Positions 12,969-25,439 of a stretch of DNA of 64,000 nucleotides are shown in pieces; positions within the stretch are counted from its first letter, which is position 1, and the number at the start of each line of letters is the position of its first letter. Source of the stretch: Macrostomum lignano (lineage: Eukaryota); assembly GCA_002269645.1 (NCBI GenBank), contig NIVC01002116.1:13987-77986 (forward strand), read 5' to 3'. Below the pieces are notes generated by a model. It was given only the letters and a program-made list of their open reading frames with translations, was not told the origin of the DNA and made no database searches. The position numbers were made by a program, and so were the translations under genes.

Positions 12969-13709
12969 TATGATAGCAGCACCCAATGCAGCACCTATGA
13001 TAGCAGCACCTATGATAGCAGCACCTATGATAGCAGCACCCAATGCACACCTATGATAGCAACACCCAATGCAGCACCTATGATAGCAGCACCCAATGCA
13101 GCACCCAATGCAGCACCTATGATAGCAGCACCCAATGCACACCTATGATAGCAGCACCCAATGCAGCACCTATGATAGCAACACCCAATGCAGCACCTAT
13201 GATAGCAACACCCAATGCACACCTATGATAGCAACACCCAATGCACACCTATGATAGCAACACCCAATGCACACCTATGATAGCTACACCCAATGCAGCA
13301 CCTATGATAGCAGCACCCAATGCAGCACCTATGATAGCAGCACCCAATGCAGCACCTATGATAGCAACACCCAATGCAGCACCTATGATAGCAGCACCCA
13401 ATGCAGCACCTATGATAGCAACACCCAATGCAGCACCTATGATAGCAGCACCCAATGCAGCACCTATGATAGCAACACCCAATGCAGCACCTATGATAGC
13501 AGCACCCAATGCAGCACCTATGATAGCAACACCCAATGCAGCACCTATGATAGCAGCACCCAATGCAGCACCTATGATAGCAACACCCAATGCAGCACCT
13601 ATGATAGCAGCACCCAATGCAGCACCTATGATAGCAACACCCAATGCAGCACCTATGATAGCAACACCCAATGCAGCACCTATGATAGCAGCACCCAATG
13701 CAGCACCTA
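12969..13709. repeat. Minisatellite, 27-bp unit GCAGCACCTATGATAGCA(G/A)CACCCAAT between the MTG1 stop and the DNAJB start
   Basis: Direct reading. Confidence 0.95.
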
Positions 13710-13948
13710 TTACAAAACATGTGAGATTGCTAACGAGCAAAAATTAGAAAAAAGAGTAACAAGCTACAGACGAGAATGGATGCCAAAAGAGACCATCTCT
13801 AATCACTCGGAGTGTTTATTACTTATTACTGTTTATTAAAGTGCTATTCTACAAGCGGCTTTTCTCACTTATAAGATTATCAGATCGCATACAAAGGCTA
13901 GCTAAAATGAATAAAATGCATCTTTAAGCGTCTTTTAAATCCAAGCAA

Positions 13949-16900
13949 TCAATGGTGCAACTTGGCCGCTGCGCCCTTGGAATAGGCGAATGGCAATGGC
14001 GGATCGGCCGGCAGGTCGGACGGCAGCTGGTCGAGCACCAGCCGGCCAAGCAGGCCCTGGTTGAAGTGGCGCAGCAGGGCCTGCGCTCCGGCTACCAGGT
14101 TGGGCCCGTGCACCAGCTGGCCGGTGTGAAAGTTGCGGTGCGCCTGCACCAGGCGGTGCTTCCGGCAGATGCCTGGGGGTTTGGGATTGATGACTCTGTC
14201 TATATTGGAGGCCGGAACTGCAGCTGCGAACTGGAAATCTCACTACTTGAATCTCACCACAATCCGTTAAAATTAATATTAACCTGACTGGGAATCTCAC
14301 CTATGCAGATAGCAATCAGTATGGAAATCTCACCTATGCAGATAGCAATCAGTATGGAAATCTCACCTATGCAGATAGCAATCAGTATGGAAATCTCACC
14401 TATGCAGATAGCAATCAGTATGGAAATCTCACCTATGCAGATAGCAATCAGTATGGAAATCTCACCTATGCAGATAGCAATCAGTATGGAAATCTCACCT
14501 ATGCAGATAGCAATCAGTATGGAAATCTCACCTATGCAGATAGCAATCAGTATGGAAATCTCACCTATGCAGATAGCAATCAGTATGGAAATCTCACCTA
14601 TGCAGATAGCAATCAGTATGGAAATCTCACCTATGCAGATGGCAATCAGTATGGAAATCTCACCTATGCAGATAGCAATCAGTATGAAAATCTCACCTAT
14701 GCAGATAGCAATCAGTATGGAAATCTCACCTATGCAGATAGCAATCAGTATGGAAATCTCACCTATGCAGATAGCAATCAGTATGGAAATCTCACCTATG
14801 CAGATAGCAATCAGTATGGAAATCTCACCTATGCAGATAGCAATCAGTATGGAAATCTCACCTATGCAGATGGCAATCAGTATGGAAATCTCACCTATGC
14901 AGATAGCAATCAGTATGGAAATCTCACCTATGCAGATAGCAATCAGTATGGAAATCTCACCTATGCAGATAGCAATCAGTATGGAAATCTCACCTATGCA
15001 GATAGCAATCAGTATGGAAATCTCACCTATGCAGATAGCAATCAGTATGGAAATCTCACCTATGCAGATAGCAATCAGTATGGAAATCTCACCTATGCAG
15101 ATAGCAATCAGTATGGAAATCTCACCTATGCAGATAGCAATCAGTATGGAAATCTCACCTATGCAGATAGCAAACAGTATGGAAATCTCACCTATGCAGA
15201 TAGCAATCAGTATGGAAATCTCACCTATGCAGATAGCAATCAGTATGGAAATCTCACCTATGCAGATAGCAATCAGTATGGAAATCTCACCTATGCAGAT
15301 AGCAATCAGTATGGAAATCTCACCTATGCAGATAGCAATCAGTATGGAAATCTCACCTATGCAGATAGCAATCAGTATGGAAATCTCACCTATGCAGATA
15401 TCAATCAGTATGGAAATCTCACCTATGCAGATAGCAATCAGTATGGAAATCTCACCTATGCAGATAGCAAACAGTATGGAAATCTCACCTATGCAGATAG
15501 CAATCAGTATGGAAATCTCACCTATGCAGATAGCAATCAGTATGGAAATCTCACCTATGCAGATAGCAATCAGTATGGAAATCTCACCTATGCAGATAGC
15601 AATCAGTATGGAAATCTCACCTATGCAGATAGCAATCAGTATGGAAATCTCACCTATGCAGATAGCAATCAGTATGGAAATCTCACCTATGCAGATAGCA
15701 ATCAGTATGGAAATCTCATCTATGCAGATAGCAATCAGTATGGAAATCTCACCTATGCAGATATCTCTCACCCTGCGATCAAAGCAATTAAATAAGCGCC
15801 AACCAACCTGCCAGCAGGTCCCGCACATCGGTGACCGGGCCCTCCAGATCGTACAGCTTAACATAGCTTCTCTCGCCTCGAACGTTGAGCAGGTGCAACA
15901 GGTAGTCGGCGATAACCTGCGAGTCGATCTGGTTGAGATCCATGCAGCCGCAGGCGCCCAATTTCAGCATGTTGCCAATGTCGTCTTTGAACTCGGGATC
16001 AAGGATGCCTGGCGAGTCCAGTACGTATACAGGGGGGTCCTGGCACACCTGCGTTATTAAAAATTGTTAGATATTTTGTACTAATTAGGCTAATGCAGAA
16101 GGATGCTTTCAATTCGAGACTGGATATTGAGACTTACAATGCCGACTTTCACTGTATTATCTATATTAAGGGTGAGATTCCAATCCTACATACCATCCCA
16201 AGTGTGAGACTCCCATCCTACATACCCTCCCAAGTGTGAGACTCCCATCCTACATACCCTCCCAAGTGTGAGACTCCCATCCTACATACCCTCCCAAGTG
16301 TGAGACTCCAATCCTACATACCCTCCCAAGTGTGAGACTCCCATCCTACATACCCTCCCAAGTGTGAGACTCCCATCCTACATACCCTCCCAAGTGTGAG
16401 ACTCCCATCCTACATACCCTCCCAAGTGTGAGACTCCCATCCTACATACCCTCCCAAGCATACATGCGCAACCTCCAAATTTCGGTCGGCCATGCGACTT
16501 AGTTTTAACAAAAATGCGACGTAGTTTTTGGCCAAAAATGCGACTTACATGTAAAAAAACCCGAAAGCAAAATTAACGCAACTTTGGGTAAACGGCAGGA
16601 GTAACTATGACTGTCTTATAAAGCCAAAATGCCTCGTCAGCTACTTAGTACTACTACTCTGTGTTTTTTCGGGTTGGCATTTTTGCGACTTCCTTGGTTG
16701 GCCGCCAAATCGGTCGGCCGGATCGGCCGACTGTTGCGCATGTATGCTCCCAAGTGTGAGACTCCAATCCTACATACCCTCCCAAGTGTGAGACTCCCAT
16801 CCTACATACCCTCCCAAGTGTGAGACTCCCATCCTACATACCCTCCCAAGTGTGAGACTCCAATCCTACATACCCTCCCAAGTGTGAGACTCCCATCCTA

Positions 16901-18818
16901 CATACCCTCCCAAGTGTGAGACTCCCATCCTACATACCACACTACAGGCGGGATTTCCTGCCTGCTCAATGAAGCCCACCATAGCAACGCACCAGTATCC
17001 GTTCTCCAACAACCCGAGTCACGCCGGCCAGTTTGCCAACCCTGGCGGCGGCCTTCTTGCCGGAGTGATAGGTGCGCAGTGCATTAATTAGGGAACTCTT
17101 GCCAACATTTGGCACGCCGGCAATCATGATGTTGAATTCGCGCTTGTCTGGCCTGAACTGCGAGGCCAATTGAAGCAGGCCGGACATCAGGCTGGTCAGG
17201 GTGCGGCCCTGTGAAGGTAGGGGTGTAGGGAAGGAGACTAAAGCTGGCAGAATAGTGAATCCTTATCATAACTAAAACGGCCCTTTTCAGGGCTTATAAA
17301 ATAAATTTATTATGTATTAATGTATTCTAAGTACTAATGTTCGTGAAGTTTTTTCTATAATTTATTAACCAACTAAATACTTTCGATGGAACCCGATCAA
17401 GATTCATTAGTTAAAATCTAATATTTATCATTAGGGATACACAACACAAGCCAAGCTCAAACTATTGGATTCCTTCATCCGCTTCTTTGTGAAGATAATA
17501 TTTACCACAATTTTCAGTCTCTTTGGTTGGGTGTCCCATATAAAGCGGAAACGGTCACAAAACATGAGTCACAAATCACAATAAACAGTCACAAAACACG
17601 GTCACAATGAACAGTCACAAAGCACGCTTACGATTAACAGTCACAAAACACAGACTGGGTTTTTTAAAGGTTGGAAATCCAGTTGCCAATGGCTATTTTT
17701 GGTTGCCCATTGGCAACTAGCCAAATTCTTGAGGATAAATATTTCCAAGACACTAAATTTTGAGTAACATGTACATATTATACTAACAATAACAATAACA
17801 AACTAACAATTCTATCATATCATATCAATTCATATGGCGCTTTTTTACACTTACAAAAACAATTTTTGAAATTGGCAACTGGCACGGGGAAAATGAAGTT
17901 GCCAGATTGGCCTCTGATGCCTAAAATCCAGTTGCCAATGGCTTTTTTGGGTAGCCAGTGGCTACCGTATGGCCTAAAAAAACCCAGGAACACAGATACA
18001 ATTAGCAGTCACAAAGCACGGTCACGATTAACAGTCACAAAACACGGATACAATTAGCAGTCACAAAACACGGTCACAGTGAACAGTAACAAAACACGGA
18101 TACAATTAGCAGTCACAAAACACGGTCACAGTGAACATTTACAACACACGGTCACAATGAACAGACACAAAACACGGATACAGTTAGCAGTCACAAAGCA
18201 CAGTCACAGTGAACAGTCACAAAACACGGCCACAAAACAGTCACCTGCTGACTGGACATAAAAAACGTCACAAAGCACGGTCAAAACACGATAACAGGCT
18301 ACAATCGTCGCAGGCCTAAATGATGGCGAGTTTAGTTTTTATCGGTAATAAAAATTGACAAAGGCACAAAAATAAACGCATTCATATAGCAATGCACTAC
18401 AGAATGCTGCACCAACCAGTTCAGCTGACGAAGTGCGCAGGCTGCAGTGAAACACACGACTGCTGGGACCCTCGCGCTCCTCCATAAACCGCTTCCAGGA
18501 CGCTCGAGCGCTGGGCGCCACCAAGTCGGCCTTGTTCAGCACAAGGGCGTGCGGCCTGGCAGCCCGGCTGTCCTCAAACAGGCGAGCCCGACCAGTTATT
18601 GGGATGCGAGCGTCGTGTACTTCAACAAATGCATCGACCGCGGCCAGCTTCTGGTTGATGCGCTTCCGACCTTTGTGTATATGGCCAGGGTGCCACATTA
18701 GGCTTTCCTTGGACACCAGTCGCAGCTCATGGCGGTTTCTTGTCAAGCTTGATTGGGCGTCGGCACTGTTGCCATGGCAACACCGGAGACTGCGCCAATA
18801 GATGATGCGCTGCTGCAT
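13949..18818 (-). CDS. MTG1: Mitochondrial ribosome-associated GTPase 1 (RbgA/YlqF family), 4 exons, about 360 aa
   Basis: Exons 18818-18417, 17208-16993, 16048-15808 and 14172-13949 splice in phase. [16 protein letters not shown]4 NKADL, G1 [13 protein letters not shown]2 GVTR, G3 DSPGI, and C-terminal [12 protein letters not shown]. The start codon is inferred from an Arg-rich, presequence-like N-terminus. Confidence 0.93.
14292..15768. repeat. Intronic minisatellite, 33-bp unit ATCTCACCTATGCAGATAGCAATCAGTATGGAA (MTG1 intron 3)
   Basis: About 44 nearly identical copies. Confidence 0.97.
16170..16938. repeat. Intronic minisatellite, 32-bp unit CCTACATACCCTCCCAAGTGTGAGACTCCCAT, interrupted by a MITE (MTG1 intron 2)
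   Basis: Copies on both sides of 16459-16746. Confidence 0.95.
16459..16746. mobile_element. Non-autonomous DNA transposon (MITE), 288 bp, 14-bp TIR, 8-bp TSD (hAT/P-like)
   Basis: TIR CATACATGCGCAAC ... GTTGCGCATGTATG. TSD CTCCCAAG at 16451-16458 and 16747-16754. Confidence 0.9.
17552..18295. repeat. Degenerate minisatellite of about 26-bp units (ACAGTCACAAAACACGG...), interrupted by a MITE (MTG1 intron 1)
   Basis: Copies on both sides of 17655-17988. Confidence 0.85.
17655..17988. mobile_element. Non-autonomous hAT-like MITE, 334 bp, 8-bp TSD
   Basis: Ends CTGGGTTTTTT ... AAAAAAACCCAGG. TSD AACACAGA at 17647-17654 and 17989-17996. Internal repeated GTTGCCA/TGGCAAC motifs. Confidence 0.8.
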
Positions 18819-18928
18819 TGGCAGCTTGTTGCAAACAGTGGCAGCCTTAAAAATCGTTAGAAACAATTTCAGATGAATGAGACCTTCCTTATAATATCAT
18901 TATTATTGCACAAGGGCTGTGCTGTGGG

Positions 18929-19169
18929 CATACATGCGCAACTGCTGGCCGACCTGGCCGATCCGGCCACCGTAAATTGTGGTAGACGAAGTAGCGAAAA
19001 TGCCCACCCCAAAGAACAGACGTGGTACTATACTAATTAGCTGACGAGGCACTTAGCCTTAATAAGCCAGCATAGTTACCCCTGCCGTTTACCCAAAATT
19101 GTATTAATCTTGCTCTAGGGTTTCTTTCACAAGTAAGTCGCATTTTTTGTCAAAAAGTAAGTCGCATGG
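18929..19169 (-). mobile_element. Truncated, diverged, inverted copy of the 16459-16746 MITE family, about 110 bp upstream of the MTG1 ATG
   Basis: Begins CATACATGCGCAAC. Its reverse complement aligns with 16490-16746 (TTTGGGTAAACGGCAGG.GTAACTATG, TGCCTCGTCAGCTA). The second TIR is absent. Confidence 0.8.
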
Positions 19170-20260
19170 TTTAACCTGTTCTTATAGTTTAACCCTCAAA
19201 AGGTTAAGCCACAATAACAGAAAAGGCTCTATAAGAAATACATGGCAATCTTTCCTTACTTTCCACTCCCCTAAAAATTCTAAGAAAATAACAAGGTACT
19301 GTGAGGTAATATTTATTTTAAATAGTATTTTTCTTATAAAATTTATCTTTCAAGAAAAGTTAGGTCAGGATATAGTTCACTTTAAAAATATAATTAGCTT
19401 ATTCTATAATAAATTTATTTAAATAATTAGCCATATATTTAGTAAGGGACAGCTTTATTTCTAATAGTCACAATTTCTAATACTCTAATAATCTAAAATA
19501 ATTTTAAATTGCTAAATTTCCAATAATCTCAAATTTGCTATTAAAGTGGTGAATCTCATTTCCCATTTAAGGGGATTCTAATTTTCTTAAAGATAGTTAT
19601 AAAATATAATAAAAGCTTAGTAATTACAACAATATTAGAGGTCAACATGAAAATAAAATATTTTATAGTTAGTTCTAATTAAATTTATTTTAAAATCAGT
19701 AATTTTTTAGGAAAAATTATTATAGGGCCTAACTTAACTTTTCTTTAAAAGATCATTTTAATTAGTTAAAAACATTTTTTAGAATTTATAAAAGGTACAA
19801 AAAGGATTTAAAAAATGGCCTATCATGGGCCCATGAGACCCTAAGACTTTATTAAAGGGTTAAACATTTTATTTAATTGTTTTTATTTAATAATCAAATT
19901 AATAATAGTCCTAATTTTTATAAATTATATACTACTCTTACTTACAATTATTAATAGGCATATATCATCTATTAGAAATAAAGGTTTATTAAGTTTAAGA
20001 TATAATAATAAATATAATTTTAACAATTTAAAAATATTTAAATGGAAAGCTTACTCAATCTTAACAATATCCTTTTAATAATATTAATATTTAATATATG
20101 CTAATATTTAAATTTATGCTAGATGGCTAGCTAAGTCAAGATTAAAAATAAGAATAAAATGCACAAAACTTTTGTAGCCAACAAAGAACAAGCTTGAATT
20201 ATATGATAGTGATAAATACAAATAAAAATTGATTAGAAAGATGCATACCAGGGTAGAATT

Positions 20261-20646
20261 TAGGGGTCGGACGTGATCACGATTGTGATCACGATTTCAT
20301 GAATTCACGACCATTTTTTTCACGATCGTGATTTCCTTGAAACCCGTTCATGATCCCAGTCATGAATTTCTGCTTTATTACATTTTTATTAGAAGTATAA
20401 CTTTTCTACTTGGTTTACCAAAATATGTGAATACAAATGTGTAAAAGAGTAATAAATTTTAAATTTGTTGACTTGACAGCATTACTGAGTAGCTATTATC
20501 AATTTATAAATATTTCTTTTCTTGTTTTGTTATTTTCAACACTTGTAACTTACGAGCTCAAAATATGTGTATGCAAATATAAATTTACGATCACAATCAC
20601 AATCACGCCCGACTTTGAAAATTTCATGAAATTTCACGCCCGACTA
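20261..20646. mobile_element. Degenerate MITE-like element with imperfect terminal inverted repeats
   Basis: Left end TAGGGGTCGGACGTGATCACGATTGTGATC; right end GATCACAATCACAATCACGCCCGAC...CACGCCCGACTA. No clear TSD. Confidence 0.45.
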
Positions 20647-22334
20647 AAATTTTCTGCTCATTTGACCTCTAGGCCTAGTAGAATTCATCCCAAAAAACAA
20701 ATAAATGTTTTTTGCAAAAAGTAAAAAATTGAATGTATATTGCTATTGGTGCAAGTCTTCATTCAAAATATAAAATATTGTGAGGTACTAAAGCCCTAAG
20801 GGCAACTTATCCATTACCTAAAAGGCTAATAGATAAGCAAAACTATCTATTTCTTAGACTCTTTAGAAAGGGGACCACATTGTAAATATTGGCACCACTA
20901 GATCTACCTGAAAGACTGCAGCACTAGTTGCCTATGGTTGCCAGGGCTTAATGAAATAGATAGCAACACCTCCTTGCTATATCCAGATGTATGTATGGAG
21001 CAACTTGCAGGCTACAGCTTAGTCAAGTAAATCAAAGCCCTGAATGTGAATGAGCTTTAATAAATTTATAATGACACCAGGCACTAGTATTTCTATTGCT
21101 ACATTTAAATTCAACAATATCCATGCCCTTCTAGCAAAAAAATCTATTGTTTTGTGCACTTTTCTTGGTCAAATTTTTTGTTTTGCATGCTTGATGATAT
21201 ATTATATATAAAGTAGGCTTACATGAATACCTAGGCCTACTAGTGGTAGTGCAGAGCAGAATTAGAAATTATGCACATATCTCTTTATAGGCCTAGTTTT
21301 TGACAAAATTACAAAATTACTTTTTGATGAAAAGGCTTTTGACAAAATGTCTAGTTACTAATTAGGCCTACTAAAAGTATATGACATATATGATTTATAT
21401 TATGGTACATGTACATGCAATGTGTAGGCCCTATTATCCAAAGGAAAATTAAAAAATCAAACTTGATAGGGGCATGTGCCTGTGCATCTCCCCCCTAAAA
21501 CTGCTATTGAATAATGAAAGGTCCTAGGCCTACTTTTTGTTACAATAGCAATAAACAATGTGAAAAATCGTATGTTTCTCTCTTAAAAATAATGAAATTT
21601 GCTAGACTGTTTTTAAAACAAATGAACACAACAATGTGCTTAACTCAAAGTAGACCTACCTAGTCTAGTCATGCTCTAATAAGTACTGTTTAATGTTATA
21701 GTATAGGCTAGCCTGGGCTGCCTGGTGGTAGTAGTTACTAACTATTTTTTCAGGCCTAAAGCTGGAGTTAACGACTGATCTGGATTTCTGCTTTCCAAGA
21801 AATGCGTTTTTTTATATCACATCATGCCCGAACTTCAGCTTATACTTAATGATTCTACATGAACGAGTTCTCAGATTCTCTTAATCACTGATTCTGTTCA
21901 AGGATTGTGTACATTGGCTAGTTAAATCCATTTAAAGATAATTTGTCCAATAATTTTTAAAGTGTAACGGAATGAATACGACTGCACAAAGTAACAAATG
22001 ATACATTTTAGAGTCCGCTTTAATCTTTTAGAGTTAAAGTAAGATACTCAAAGTATTTTTAAGAATTTTTTTACCATACACTGTTTTCAAAATGTAAAAC
22101 TAAACTCACAATGGTTGCATTAGATTCACATGCTTCAAAAATCTTTTTTTTCTGCCATTTAAATTTTGCGGGAAGACATCAATTACAAGAATTTCGATAC
22201 TACCAGAGACCACCAGTTTCAGTGTGAGTGTGATGTGTCTACGTCTACGTGTACCAGAGACCGTTATCATTAGCTGATCCAGTTTAATATCATAACTTCA
22301 AAAATTGTGGTAATTTGAAACTATACCTAAGATC

Positions 22335-23063
22335 ATGGCGCGCAAGCATGTCGACGTATCTGATCCACAAAAGACTGCGCTGTCAGTAAAGAGAAATCGG
22401 GGTGGTGGATCAAGCTGCTACGAAACATCGCATTGCAAGAGAGATTCGGAGCCGATATCTTATGCTCAGAGAAAAATCACAGATGAAAGTATTGATCTCG
22501 ACTCTGCCTCTACTCCACTTCAATTAGTGACAGTGAAGCCGAAACTCGAACCACAAATTTCCGTTTTGTCCACTGACAGCGGATTTCTGCCCAGAGATAT
22601 CCAGGACTCCTCATTTGTAGAAGACGTGATGGAGGAACTAAACAGCCAAGGCATCAGTCATTCTGATATTATTTGCTGTCATGGTTGCCATGCAGGCACT
22701 CAAGAAAGACCACTTAAGCTTCCTGGCCTTGCAGTATCAAACGGAACACCAGAAACAGCCTGCCAAAAGAAGTCGAGAGAAGCGTGCCAGCGGGATCTCG
22801 ACGGTCCTTCCTGCAAGAAGGTGTTCACGCAGAAAGCTTTGGAAGGTCAGGCTGAAGTGAAAAACGAAAAGCGCATTAAGAACAACGCAGCTTCGAGAAA
22901 GTCCAGAGCAAGTCGGAAGATGAATACTTTGGTAAAGGAGCAGGAAATTGCAGCTCTTCAAGCAGACAATCAAAGGTTGGCGATCGTTCTCGAAGACTTC
23001 ACTTCTATAGCCGCAGCCTGCAAGCAGTGGATTGTGCGAAACATGGAAACTCCAGACACTTAA
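22335..23063 (+). CDS. Intronless bZIP transcription factor (PAR / C/EBP-like basic region), 242 aa
   Basis: Single ORF with basic region KRIKNNAASRKSRASRK followed by a heptad zipper (EIAALQADNQRLAIVLEDF). AATAAA-type signals downstream (about 23572 and 23698). Confidence 0.85.
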   Translation: MARKHVDVSDPQKTALSVKRNRGGGSSCYETSHCKRDSEPISYAQRKITDESIDLDSASTPLQLVTVKPKLEPQISVLSTDSGFLPRDIQDSSFVEDVMEELNSQGISHSDIICCHGCHAGTQERPLKLPGLAVSNGTPETACQKKSREACQRDLDGPSCKKVFTQKALEGQAEVKNEKRIKNNAASRKSRASRKMNTLVKEQEIAALQADNQRLAIVLEDFTSIAAACKQWIVRNMETPDT

Positions 23064-25439
23064 CATTTACTTTGACCGGAGAAAGCTGCACTTTTCGAAC
23101 TAAATGTCTTTTTTGTTTTTTTGCTGTTTTTAACTGTAAACAATTTACGGATTAAAAATGGAATTATCCCGATTGAACAGCACGTGACACCTCTCAGTGA
23201 CAGTAGATTTCAAAGAAATTGCGTAACAATCTCGATTTTGAGAACAAGTTTCCATGTCAACTATTCAGTTTTCTTATATATGTAAATTTATTGTGTAACA
23301 TTTATGCTGGCCGCTGTTACCTGCCTACTTTGAGCTTTTACTTTTTCATTGAGGACAATTTTAAAAGATTTAATTTCGCAAATATACTATTATATGCAGG
23401 TTCGTGCCTTGAGCAGATGCGAAAGGTTTCTAGATTTTTCACAATAAAGGATACGCAGATTTTGTATTTGCCTAGCTTGGCTCTGATCTCAGAGATCCGA
23501 TTGTTTTTGCTTTCGCTGCATTGCACTGCAGTATGCAAACTGCTATGCGTGTTCTTTTAGTGAATCTTGTATAATAAAATGTTATTATTGCAAGCGATTA
23601 TGGTTTATCTGTGTTAAATGAATAATTATTGATGTTGTATAGTTATTTATTAGCCTTGCACTCTTGTCACTCACTCAGCGCATCAAAGGGACTGAGCAAT
23701 AAACGGGCATACTGAATACAAATATCTTTTTTGAGTTTGGATGCAATTTCATCTGTTATTAAAACGTTTTTTTCAGATTAGCTAAATATTCAATTTTGGA
23801 CCGTCAGCGTTTGTCTTCTAAAAGTGCATGTTTTTTTTAAAAGAATGATATGAGTCATGCAAACTCATACGTATAGGCTACGGTCAGACGCTATGAGCAG
23901 TATAAGATTCACTTCTCCACGCTGGAAGGTTCAATAGGCCCCCCACGTGTCGCCACTCGCCGCGCAAATGTACACAGTCTGGGTGTGGCACGAGAATCTC
24001 TTCCCACTAGCTGGGCGGCTTTAGTTCCAAAGTGTACACCCAGCAGGGCGATTCTATACGCAAGACCAGAGAGTCTAAAATTAGCACTGGCGAAGAATGA
24101 CGAATGTTAAAACTGCAGTAATAATAGTGCATTCATTCAATGCCAACTCTGCATGCATGCCGAAACTAGCGGGGGTATAGTATAGGCCAATGCTGCTAAA
24201 CGATGACCGGCTGTGGCGCAATTGCCAATCAGTCAATACGAGAGTTGCAGTGCATGACTTTTTAGAGATTTTTCAGAATGAAGTAGAAAGATCGACGCTT
24301 AGACTCGGTTTTCATAGAAATGATCTGAAGGCCGGTAAAGGAATGTATATTTGTCGTATCGCTGGTGCATTTCACAACCCGCTAATTTTTTGCACTCACT
24401 TTCCTAAACGCAAACTTCACAACCACGAAACTTTACAACCGATAAAATGTCACCTACTTTCACAACCTACTTTAAGTGGCATTTAGCGGTTGTGAAATTT
24501 CGCGTTTGTGAACCCCCGCCCCCACTAAATGTACTGGTGGTTTAACGAACAAGTTATCTAACAATTCACTCGTGGCTGCAGCACGAAAATTCCGGGGTTC
24601 AGACCATAGACTGTAGCCTCTGCTGCTCTCAAGCATTAGCAGCAGCAGCTGGTGTCGGTGGCCCCAACCCCAGGCCAGTCGTTCCTTACTGAACTCCAGA
24701 ATATTTTTAAGAATATCGAGCTATGTTAGCGTCCTACTACTGTACTTCTGCTGTCCATGAAACAACTGCATATGAAACGCTACGGTACTGCTAGGCCGAA
24801 AATTTCTTGATAAAATGTACAGAAAACTCGTTTTATTAAACTGTGAGCCAATTGGGCTTCTGTTGGAACTATAAAAAATTTGTTAACCATACGGGTACCT
24901 TTACGTATTTGTATATTCTAGTATTATAATTATGATAGCAGATAGTATATATTGTACGAGCTAATGTACAAAAGTTAAGCAAGAGTTCCCATTCAATTGA
25001 AGGGCATCACTTCGATTGAAGAGCTCCAGTGTCACGGCTACAGGGGGCGGCCTCCCTGCCCTCGCCCCACGGCTATTTGCCAAACTCTTTAGGCAGAGGA
25101 ATGACGCATGACTTGCTTAACTCCCATGCAGCTTGTACGAGTATGCCACGATACAATGTTTGAATAGATTTGAGTAGCACAATATTCAACTCACGTTTAA
25201 CATAGCCATCTCAAGTGCATAAAATTCAGTTTATCTGCCAAAATATCGCCAAGTCAAATGCAAGTTAGCCAATCAGAGCGCTTCTCAACATTGCAGAGCA
25301 ACTGGACAAAAAAGAAAATTCAGAGTCTGCTACTACTTGAAATGATTATAATGCACTTAACTTGGTCTTTTGGTAACTCTGAATTGACCATTTTCAACTT
25401 GACAAGAAAAACCCATAGTTGGAGGCAGGGGCTGTAAAT

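Noticed and set aside
14254-16060. 585-aa and 536-aa repetitive ORFs ([11 protein letters not shown] / [11 protein letters not shown])
   Set aside because: 33-bp intronic array of MTG1. The + ORF is antisense to real exon 3.
19170-20220. AT-rich stretch considered as a mitochondrial insertion (NUMT)
   Set aside because: I could not recognise any mitochondrial gene, rRNA or tRNA motif. BLASTN against the mitogenome would settle it.
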